A stretch of 64,000 nt of DNA from assembly GCA_964430885.1 (NCBI GenBank), contig CAYSHM010000003.1, positions 182,361 to 246,360 of the forward strand. Reading direction: 5' to 3'. The position numbers and the translations under genes were made by a program. Of the stretch, positions 17,833-26,149 are shown in pieces. The notes beneath the pieces are model-generated. The model did no database searches. It had not been told where the DNA came from and saw nothing but the letters and a program-made list of their open reading frames with translations. How positions within the stretch are numbered: position 1 is the first letter of the stretch; each line of letters opens with the position of its first letter. Source of the stretch: an uncultured archaeon (GTDB lineage Archaea; Thermoplasmatota; Penumbrarchaeia; JASLWR01).

Positions 17833-18927
17833 ATGAGGCGTTCAGAGAGTTGGCTTAGTATGAATGACGAACCAGCAAAGGAAAGCGGTGTAAAACGCTT
17901 CAAAGTAGGCCGGAAAGAATCCCCGGAAACCTCCGATAATATGGGCAATAAGAAGTTCAAGCTCAGCGGTGGAGAAGGGCCTGAAGAAAAGGGTAAGAAG
18001 GGGCGGCTGCTATCTAAATTGTCCAAAATACGCAGGAGTGACAAAAGCGGTAAAAAAAAGGATATAAAGCAGCAGACTGAAGAAAAAAAAACATTTTCTT
18101 TAAAAGCCCAAGCCGTGAATGAGAAGAAGGCCTTTGCTGTAAAGCCTCAGACCCAGCCGGAAAAAAATGCGGATTTTAAAGTAAAAATATCAGAAGAAAG
18201 GGACAGAAAGGAGGATAGGGGACAAGTTGGTTTCAGGGTTAGGGTCCCGGAGATGAAGGAAAATACTCCTGAAAAGGAGAGGAAGAAGTTTTTCAAACAT
18301 GAAGCGTCTAAGGTGAATAAGACCGCTTTAGTACAACCCGAAAAAAAGGTGAAGAAAGAGTTCTCCGTAAAACCCAAGGACGTTAAACCAGAGGAAGAAA
18401 TTGAAATAAAGAAAAGACAATTCTCCCTAAAACCGAAAAAACCTCCCAGAGAGGAAGGCACAGCGGTAAAAAAAGATAAAAAACCTGAACTCGTATTTGC
18501 TGTTAAGGAAGAAAAAGGCCAGGTCAAGGAAGTTGAACCTGAAACCAGTTCAAAAGTGTTCACACCCAGGAAAAAGGGGAAAAAAGGAAAAGATAAATCC
18601 AAAAAAAAATCTAAGGTAAAACGGAAGTTCCCCGCTTTCGGCAGAGGTGCGAAAAAGTTCGGGACCGCATCCGTTGACAGGGTGGAAGGCAGCAGATTCG
18701 GAGGTTTTGTATCTAAACATATGTTCCTGGGAGGTCTTTTGATCGCATTAGCCTCCATATCGATATTCTTCCTCATGACAATTTTCAGGAACAGTACTAC
18801 CAATACATTCATTGGCAAAACCTGCTTCGTACCCCAGATATTCATGATATACCTGGCAATAGTGGCGATTCTCTACATAGCGGGCCTTTCGGTCATATTA
18901 ATTGGGATATACCGTAAATTCAAATAG
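17833..18927 (+). CDS. Lys/Glu-rich disordered protein with two C-terminal TM helices
   Basis: Long ORF with repeated F-x-[VL]-K motifs and two hydrophobic segments at the C-terminus. Confidence 0.7.
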   Translation: MRRSESWLSMNDEPAKESGVKRFKVGRKESPETSDNMGNKKFKLSGGEGPEEKGKKGRLLSKLSKIRRSDKSGKKKDIKQQTEEKKTFSLKAQAVNEKKAFAVKPQTQPEKNADFKVKISEERDRKEDRGQVGFRVRVPEMKENTPEKERKKFFKHEASKVNKTALVQPEKKVKKEFSVKPKDVKPEEEIEIKKRQFSLKPKKPPREEGTAVKKDKKPELVFAVKEEKGQVKEVEPETSSKVFTPRKKGKKGKDKSKKKSKVKRKFPAFGRGAKKFGTASVDRVEGSRFGGFVSKHMFLGGLLIALASISIFFLMTIFRNSTTNTFIGKTCFVPQIFMIYLAIVAILYIAGLSVILIGIYRKFK

Positions 18928-19169
18928 GGGAAAAAAGATCATTCCCGTAATAAATAATTCAGGTTTCTGCTTCTGGCTCCGACGCCCCTAGTATTCCGAA
19001 GTACCATTTTCCAAATAAGATTTATATACCATAAGGTCAATGCCGTTGTGCTGTTGTTCAAATCTCAAGAGAGTATATGTTGGTATATAGTAAATATGTA
19101 TATCATGAACAAATTCGAAAGACCATTATCATATGATAAATGAGTACAGAAGGAATGAAATAAAAACCG

Positions 19170-19401
19170 GGGTCCGTAGCTCAGCTAGGTAAAGCGTTGT
19201 CAATATACATCTATCATGGATTGAAATATTATCCTTTCATAATATATTACAGGGGTCATCATAATATGATTATCAGTGGAAACAATACATTGTTGACTTT
19301 GATGATCGTAGTATACTGATCTTCCGGTATAGGACGCTTCTAGAAAGAGCATCTGGCTTTTAACCAGGTGGCCAGGGGTTCGAATCCCCTCGGACCCGCC
19401 A
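19170..19401 (+). tRNA. tRNA-Lys(UUU), interrupted by a 155-nt intron in the D-loop (position 20/21); encoded CCA
   Basis: Acceptor GGGTCCG/CGGACCC, D-stem GCTC/GAGC, anticodon arm TCTGG-CTTTTAA-CCAGG, T-arm AGGGG-TTCGAAT-CCCCT; exons 19170-19190 and 19346-19401. Confidence 0.92.
19191..19345 (+). other. tRNA intron with bulge-helix-loop splice motif
   Basis: CTAG(19185-88)/CTAG(19340-43) 4-bp helix, 3-nt unpaired GTA and AAA, inner helix AAGCGT/ACGCTT; removal restores D-loop AGCTAGGTA. Confidence 0.85.
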
Positions 19402-19544
19402 TTCGTTCTTTGATCATTCATTGACGACTCATTTGTTATTATCGAATATTGGTCCAAATACTGGCTCATTCAGAGAGCGGGTCTTTAAACCAGGGACTAT
19501 CAATGAAAAATGGGACAAATATGATTTTATAATTTTTTAGAGGT

Positions 19545-19793
19545 GTGGTAATAATGGTCAAACCTGATGTAAGCAAACATGTTCTGGTTCCTGAACATAC
19601 AATTATGAATAAAAAGGAGATAGAGGAACTTAGGAAGGAATATAAACTGGATCTTAAACAGCTTCCGAAGATAAAAATCACTGACCCTGTTGTCAAGCTC
19701 ATCGGTGCTGACGTGGGAGATGTCCTCAAGATCAAACGTATTAGCCAGACCATGGGGGAGTCGTTATATTACAGATTTGTTGTGGCCTATTAA
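19545..19793 (+). CDS. rpoH: DNA-directed RNA polymerase subunit H (Rpo5)
   Basis: HVLVPEH, QLPKIKITDP, YYRFVV; likely start ATG 19554. Confidence 0.96.
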   Translation: MVIMVKPDVSKHVLVPEHTIMNKKEIEELRKEYKLDLKQLPKIKITDPVVKLIGADVGDVLKIKRISQTMGESLYYRFVVAY

Positions 19794-19829
19794 GGGCAGA
19801 CCGCAGCATTATTTCATAAACAATAACAG

Positions 19830-22800
19830 TTGGTAGCACAGAGTGATAACATGAGAGAACTAGTTGAAGCATTTTTCCAGGACAGGTATATTGCAAATCA
19901 TCATATTGCATCCTATAATGACTTCCTTCCTACACACGACAATCCGAATTCCAGAATGCAGGCCATTGTCAATTCAACCTCCATCGGGGATGTTGACACA
20001 GAATCCGGACTTATCAGATTGGATATAGGGACCATCGAAGAAGAATATATTGACATCCGCTTCGGGCGGATCTCCTTAGGAAAACCGATAATCACGGAAG
20101 CAAACGGAGCACGACATCGGCTGACCCCTATGATCGCAAGGATGAGGGACGCAACCTATAAGGTACCGATATATCTCACATTCAACATAATAGAGAAGAA
20201 TGTCAGGGGAGAGGAAAAACATCTCGAACCTGAAACCGACGTTCATATAGGCGATCTACCCCTGATGGTAAAGTGCAAGGCGTGCAATCTACATGAGGAT
20301 AACATCGGAGAAGGGAGAGCCGTATGGGGCGACGAGTACAACGAGAAGCTTATCGACCACAAGGAAGACCCCCTGGATCCCGGAGCTTACTTCATAGTGA
20401 ACGGTGTGGAGCGGGCCCTTATATCCCTTGAAGACCTTGCACCAAACAGGATCCTTGTGGAGTTTGTCGAGAGATACGGGACAAAACTTGAGGTCGCAAA
20501 GGTTTATTCACAGAGGGAAGGCTACCGGGCTCTTACAAATGTCACCCGCAACAAGAACTCAATATTCTTTGCGAAGGTCCCCGCAGCTTCAGGAAAGATC
20601 CCGCTCATAATTCTTCTTAAAGCACTGGGCATGGATGCTGACCAAGATATATCAGATGCCATAATATCCGATAAGAGGATGGAGAACATCATACTCGCCA
20701 ACCTTGAATCCTGTTCACAGGGGGAGGAGGTTTTCACCTGTGAGGATGCAATAAAATACCTGGAGAAAAGATTTGCCACGGGTCAGGCAAAGGAATATCG
20801 TGAGAGGAAGATTAACAACATATTGGATCGGTCCCTTCTCCCTCATTTGGGTACTAATTACGAGGACAGGATGAGAAAATCACTCTACCTCTGCAGAATG
20901 GCGAGGAACATTCTGGAACTGCATTTCACCCTAAGAGAACCCGATGACAAGGACCATTACGCCAACAAAAGGCTTAAATTGGCCGGCGATCTTATGGAGG
21001 AGCTATTCAGGGTTTCCTTCAAGGGTCTATGCAGGGATCTCAAATATCAGCTCGAAAGAAGCTATGTTCGAAAGAAGAAGATCAGAATAAGGTCGGCCAT
21101 TCGGTCCGACGTGCTCACAAGCAGAATGCTGTATGCATTGGCAACAGGGAACTGGGTAGGCGGAAGAGCTGGAGTTTCCCAGCTTCTTGACCGCACATCC
21201 CAGATGTCAACCCTGTCCCATCTCAGAAGGGTGACCTCTCCGCTGACCCGGAGCCAGCCTCATTTCGAAGCTAGAGATCTTCACGCCACCCAGTGGGGGA
21301 GATTGTGTCCCAACGAAACACCGGAAGGTCAGAACTGCGGATTGGTCAAGAATCTCGCACTCACAGTGGATGTGTCAGAGGGATATAGCGAAGAAAAGCT
21401 TATTGACAAGCTATATTACGAGATGGACGTTGAGAAGATCGGCAAGAAAGTAGTCCCTGATACAAAAATATTCGTCAACGGCAACCTTATCGGCATACAC
21501 AAGGACCCTGAATTCCTTATTGAAGAGATAAAGAAGAAGAGAAGGGACGCCACATTGGCCCTGTCGCCCGGGAAAGCAAAAGAAATAAACGTTCGGTATG
21601 ATGATAGGACAAATGAGATATTCCTGAACTGCGACAAGGGCCGGCTTAGAAGGCCCCTTATAGTTGTAAATGAAGGTGAACTTCAGCTGACAGAGAAGGA
21701 CATCACCGATCTGAAGGAAGGACACATAGATTTTCAGTCTCTCCTCCAGAGAGGAGTCATTGAATATATAGACGCGGAAGAAGAGGAAGACATCTATGTA
21801 GCTATGGACGAGGAGAACTTGAAGACATTCATGTTCGAATTCCCCATGGACAAAATAACCAAGGAACTGCAGACCGGGAAGACACCTGATGAAATAATAA
21901 AGGTCTTCAAGGAAGACGGATACAGTCTTGGAAAGAGCGATTATTTCTACAGAACCAGGACCGCCGGGCCATGGAAGATAAGGCACGGTGACATCACATA
22001 CCTCCTGGAAAAGCATGATGATAAGTTCAATGTCTATGAAGCATCCAGCCATACCCACATGGAGATGGATGCGATTTCTATCCTAGGCGTCTGTGCGGGT
22101 CTCATTCCCTTCAGCGCTCATAATTCCTCACCGAGAAATACAATGGGTTCTGCAATGGCAAAACAGGCTTTGGGACTTTCATCCATCAATTTCAAATTAA
22201 GGATCGATACAAGGCATCATGTCCTTCATTATCCTCAGCGGCCTATTACCCAAACCGAGACCATTAAATATGCGAATTTCAAGCACAGACCCGCAGGCCA
22301 GAACTTCGTAGTAGCGGTGATATCCTACAGAGGGTATAACATGGAGGATGCACTTATTTTGAACAAGTGCTCAGTGGAGAGAGGACTCGGAAGGTCACAT
22401 TTCATGAGATCCTACAAGGCGGAGGAAAGAAGATATCCCGGCGGCCAGGAGGACCAGATAGAGGTCCCCCCTGCAGAGGTTAGAGGATCCCGAGAAGATG
22501 CAGCATATGACCACCTTGATACCGACGGTCTGGTCACCCCTGAGGAATACCTCACCAGCGGAGATGTCATCATCGGAAAGACCTCACCGCCCCGTTTCCT
22601 GAACGAGCAGACCGATTTCATATCACCCCAGGCAAGGAGAGATACCTCTATCACTATCAGACACGGGGAAAGCGGTACTGCAGACATGGTTATAATGACA
22701 GAGAACGAGGACGGTGCCAGGGTTGTCAAGGTGAAGGTAAGGAACCAGCGTATACCCCAGGTAGGGGACAAGTTTGCATCCCGACACGGACAGAAAGGTG

Positions 22801-23504
22801 TAGTAGGAATAGTTGTTCCCCAGTCCAATATGCCCTTTTCAGGCAACGGTATATCACCGGACCTTGTAATCAATCCTCACGCTATTCCATCCCGTATGAC
22901 CGTGGCTCACGTGCTTGAGATGATCTCAGGAAAGGTGGGTTCCATCCAGGGACGTTTTATAGACGGAACTGTTTTCTGCGGGGAGGAGGAAGAGACAATT
23001 CGAAAACTGCTGATCCAATCAGGATTCAACCATACAGGCAAGGATATCATGTATGACGGTTTGACCGGCAGAAAGTACGACGCGGACATTTTCCAGGGAG
23101 TTATCTATTACCAGAAACTGCACCACATGGTGGCGGACAAGATGCACGTCAGGTCCCGGGGTCCGGTGCAGATACTCACAAGACAGCCTACTGAAGGAAG
23201 GGCCAGACTTGGCGGTCTCAGGTTTGGAGAGATGGAGAGGGATACCCTCATCGGACATGGAGCCTCAATGGTTATCAAGGACCGACTTCTGGATAGCGCA
23301 GACGGCACAACGGAATACGTCTGTGGAAAACACGGTTGCGGACATATTGCAATACTTGATAGACAAGGCAACCTCAGATGCCCGGTATGCGGAGACGGCA
23401 GCAGCATATTCCGGGTCAATACATCATATGCATTCAAATTACTGCTGGCGGAGCTGAAATCATTGGGAGTGATGCTTAGACTTACACTGGAGGACGTCAA
23501 ATGA
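19830..23504 (+). CDS. rpoB: DNA-directed RNA polymerase subunit B (Rpo2, unsplit)
   Basis: DDKDHYANKRL, ETPEGQNCGLVKN, GDKFASRHGQKG, GGLRFGEMERD; likely start ATG 19851. Confidence 0.98.
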   Translation: MVAQSDNMRELVEAFFQDRYIANHHIASYNDFLPTHDNPNSRMQAIVNSTSIGDVDTESGLIRLDIGTIEEEYIDIRFGRISLGKPIITEANGARHRLTPMIARMRDATYKVPIYLTFNIIEKNVRGEEKHLEPETDVHIGDLPLMVKCKACNLHEDNIGEGRAVWGDEYNEKLIDHKEDPLDPGAYFIVNGVERALISLEDLAPNRILVEFVERYGTKLEVAKVYSQREGYRALTNVTRNKNSIFFAKVPAASGKIPLIILLKALGMDADQDISDAIISDKRMENIILANLESCSQGEEVFTCEDAIKYLEKRFATGQAKEYRERKINNILDRSLLPHLGTNYEDRMRKSLYLCRMARNILELHFTLREPDDKDHYANKRLKLAGDLMEELFRVSFKGLCRDLKYQLERSYVRKKKIRIRSAIRSDVLTSRMLYALATGNWVGGRAGVSQLLDRTSQMSTLSHLRRVTSPLTRSQPHFEARDLHATQWGRLCPNETPEGQNCGLVKNLALTVDVSEGYSEEKLIDKLYYEMDVEKIGKKVVPDTKIFVNGNLIGIHKDPEFLIEEIKKKRRDATLALSPGKAKEINVRYDDRTNEIFLNCDKGRLRRPLIVVNEGELQLTEKDITDLKEGHIDFQSLLQRGVIEYIDAEEEEDIYVAMDEENLKTFMFEFPMDKITKELQTGKTPDEIIKVFKEDGYSLGKSDYFYRTRTAGPWKIRHGDITYLLEKHDDKFNVYEASSHTHMEMDAISILGVCAGLIPFSAHNSSPRNTMGSAMAKQALGLSSINFKLRIDTRHHVLHYPQRPITQTETIKYANFKHRPAGQNFVVAVISYRGYNMEDALILNKCSVERGLGRSHFMRSYKAEERRYPGGQEDQIEVPPAEVRGSREDAAYDHLDTDGLVTPEEYLTSGDVIIGKTSPPRFLNEQTDFISPQARRDTSITIRHGESGTADMVIMTENEDGARVVKVKVRNQRIPQVGDKFASRHGQKGVVGIVVPQSNMPFSGNGISPDLVINPHAIPSRMTVAHVLEMISGKVGSIQGRFIDGTVFCGEEEETIRKLLIQSGFNHTGKDIMYDGLTGRKYDADIFQGVIYYQKLHHMVADKMHVRSRGPVQILTRQPTEGRARLGGLRFGEMERDTLIGHGASMVIKDRLLDSADGTTEYVCGKHGCGHIAILDRQGNLRCPVCGDGSSIFRVNTSYAFKLLLAELKSLGVMLRLTLEDVK

Positions 23505-26149
23505 GGACAAAAAAGATCAAGGCAATAAGGTTCACCCTTCTTTCACCTGAAGAGATAAGAAAGATGTCTGCATTGAAGATAATAAGCCCTGACACCTATG
23601 ACGAGGATGGTTTCCCAGTTCCTATGGGACTCATGGACACCCATCTCGGTGTGATCGAACCGGGACTCAGGTGTAAAACTTGCGGACGTAAGGTCGACGA
23701 ATGCTCTGGGCACTTCGGTCATATTGAACTGGCCAGACCTGTCATCCATGTTGGTTTCGTGAAGCTTATCAAGGGACTCCTAAGCTCAACCTGCAGGGTC
23801 TGCGGGAGATGCCTCTTGAACCAAAGAGAAAGAGAAAAGGTTCTAGAACAGTACGTGAAACTCAAGGAAACCGGTATGGAAATGGAGGAAAAGAGCATAG
23901 TCCAGGAGGTTAAAAGAGAAACCCGTAAGATCAAGACCTGCCCGTACTGCGGTGCTGAACAGAAGAAGATCCGTCTTGACAGACCTTCCACTTTCAGGGA
24001 AGAAAAAGGTAAACTCACACCCGGCGAGGTCCGTGAAAGGCTGGAGAGAATACCTGACAGCGATCTTCCGGTATTCGGCATAAATCCAGCTGTAGCAAGA
24101 CCCGAGCATACCATTCTGACAGTCCTGCCAGTTCCTCCGGCCGTAGTACGACCGTCCATTACCCTTGAATCAGGGGACCGGTCAGAGGACGATCTGACCC
24201 ACAAATTGGTTGATATACTCAGAATAAACCAGAGGGTTCTGGAGAACCGGGACGTAGGTGCACCCCAATTGATCGTTGAAGATCTTTGGGAACTGCTCCA
24301 GTATCATGTTACTACCTATCTGAACAACCAAACATCCGGAATTCCCCCCGCAAGACACAGGAGCGGTCGTGCACTGAAGACCTTATCGCAAAGGCTCAAG
24401 GGTAAGGAAGGGCGTTTCAGGTCCAATCTATCAGGTAAAAGAGTTAATTTCTCTGCTAGGACAGTAATTTCCCCAGATCCCTTCATTTCAATAAATGAGG
24501 TAGGGGTTCCGCAGTTAGTGGCGGAAGAGCTTACCCTGCCTGTCAAGGTCAACAGATATAATCTTGAGAAATACAAGGATATGCTAAGGAACGGTCCGCA
24601 GAAGTATCCTGGCATCAACTATCTAATAAGAAGTGACGGAAACAGGATTAAGGTAACGGAAAAAAACGCGGATTTCTTGGCTGACGAAGTTATCGAGGAA
24701 GGCTGCACCGTGGAAAGACAGATGATCGATGGAGATATGGTACTGTTCAACAGGCAGCCCTCACTTCACAGAATGTCCATGATGGGACACCAGGTGAGGG
24801 TAATGCAGGGCAACACCTTCAGGCTTAACCTCTGTTGCTGTCCACCATATAATGCGGATTTCGACGGGGATGAGATGAATCTTCACTTCCTGCAGGGCGA
24901 CGAAGCAAGGACCGAGGCCAAAATTTTAATGGCACCCCAGGAACAGCTTCTTTCACCAAGGTTCGGCGGACCCATAATCGGGGCTATCCACGACCATATA
25001 AGCGGGTCTTTCATTGGGACCTACCACCGAATATTCGATAGATTGCAGGTACTCACCATCCTGTCCTATCTTGGATACCGGGACGGACTACCCGAACCCG
25101 ATGGTGTTGATGAGGATGGTAAACAATTTTGGACCGGGAACAGTTTATTCTCCCTGATAATACCTGATGATCTGAATCTGACCTATAGAGCTTCGATCCA
25201 TGAGAAGGACATCGATCCGGAAGACGGAATTGTAAATATCCGGAACGGCAAGATACTCTCCGGAGTAGTGGATGGGAACTCATTCAGCGCTTTCAAGGGT
25301 AGAATACTTGATAAAGTTATTAGAAAATACGGAACCGATAAAGGTAGAATGTTCCTTGAACAATCCACCAAACTATCCCTCGGAATGATATCGGTTATTG
25401 GTTTCTCAACTGGAATAGACGATCAAGACCTTCCAGGGGACGCATTAAAGCAAATACAGGTTAGCTTGGACAAAGCCAGCGATGACGTAGCCAAACTTGT
25501 GGAATCATACGACAGGGGACTCCTATCTGCTCTCCCGGGACGTACACTAGAGGAAACCCTTGAAGTGGAAGTGATGAGGGTATTGGCTAATGCCAGGGAT
25601 CAGGCCGGTGAGATCGCAGGAAAACATCAGGGTCTTGGAAACTCTGCGGTTATTATGGCAAAATCGGGGGCTAGAGGTTCCATGCTTAACCTTTCTCAGA
25701 TGTCGGGATGTATAGGGCAGCAGGCTGTGAGAGGCGAGCGTATATCAAGAGGTTACTACAACAGGACATTATCTCATTTCGAAAAAGGGGACAAAGGTTC
25801 CGAGGCAAAGGGATTCGTGAAATCTTCCTTCAAGAATGGTCTGAACCCCACTGAATATTTCTTCCACGCCATGGGAGGCAGGGAAGGTCTAGTGGATACT
25901 GCGGTGAGAACATCACGGTCAGGTTACATGCAGAGAAGACTGATTAACGCCCTTGAAAACCACAAACTTGCTGAAGACGGTACAGTTAGAAATACCGACC
26001 ATGAGATCATCCAGTTCAGTTACGGAGAGGACGGAGTTGATCCGGCAAAAAGCGAAAAAGGGTCCATACTTGACCTGGATGAATTATTCAGGGAGAAGAT
26101 AGTGTATAATACTAAGAAGGACACCTTTGTTAAGGGGGTGAAAAACTGA
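23501..26149 (+). CDS. rpoA1: DNA-directed RNA polymerase subunit A' (Rpo1N)
   Basis: [11 protein letters not shown] catalytic motif, [34 protein letters not shown]. Confidence 0.98.
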   Translation: MRTKKIKAIRFTLLSPEEIRKMSALKIISPDTYDEDGFPVPMGLMDTHLGVIEPGLRCKTCGRKVDECSGHFGHIELARPVIHVGFVKLIKGLLSSTCRVCGRCLLNQREREKVLEQYVKLKETGMEMEEKSIVQEVKRETRKIKTCPYCGAEQKKIRLDRPSTFREEKGKLTPGEVRERLERIPDSDLPVFGINPAVARPEHTILTVLPVPPAVVRPSITLESGDRSEDDLTHKLVDILRINQRVLENRDVGAPQLIVEDLWELLQYHVTTYLNNQTSGIPPARHRSGRALKTLSQRLKGKEGRFRSNLSGKRVNFSARTVISPDPFISINEVGVPQLVAEELTLPVKVNRYNLEKYKDMLRNGPQKYPGINYLIRSDGNRIKVTEKNADFLADEVIEEGCTVERQMIDGDMVLFNRQPSLHRMSMMGHQVRVMQGNTFRLNLCCCPPYNADFDGDEMNLHFLQGDEARTEAKILMAPQEQLLSPRFGGPIIGAIHDHISGSFIGTYHRIFDRLQVLTILSYLGYRDGLPEPDGVDEDGKQFWTGNSLFSLIIPDDLNLTYRASIHEKDIDPEDGIVNIRNGKILSGVVDGNSFSAFKGRILDKVIRKYGTDKGRMFLEQSTKLSLGMISVIGFSTGIDDQDLPGDALKQIQVSLDKASDDVAKLVESYDRGLLSALPGRTLEETLEVEVMRVLANARDQAGEIAGKHQGLGNSAVIMAKSGARGSMLNLSQMSGCIGQQAVRGERISRGYYNRTLSHFEKGDKGSEAKGFVKSSFKNGLNPTEYFFHAMGGREGLVDTAVRTSRSGYMQRRLINALENHKLAEDGTVRNTDHEIIQFSYGEDGVDPAKSEKGSILDLDELFREKIVYNTKKDTFVKGVKN

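Noticed and set aside
19273-19306. GAAAC and TGATGA in the intron resemble hammerhead cores; CAGTGGAAAC resembles an ORB
   Set aside because: There is no room for hammerhead stem I and no CUGAUGA. The ORB-like word is single, lacks a G-string, and no cdc6/orc1 gene is nearby.
19200-19469. 89-aa minus-strand ORF
   Set aside because: It is antisense to the tRNA and its intron; GGSEGIRTPGHLVKSQML is the typical translation of a reverse-complemented tRNA.
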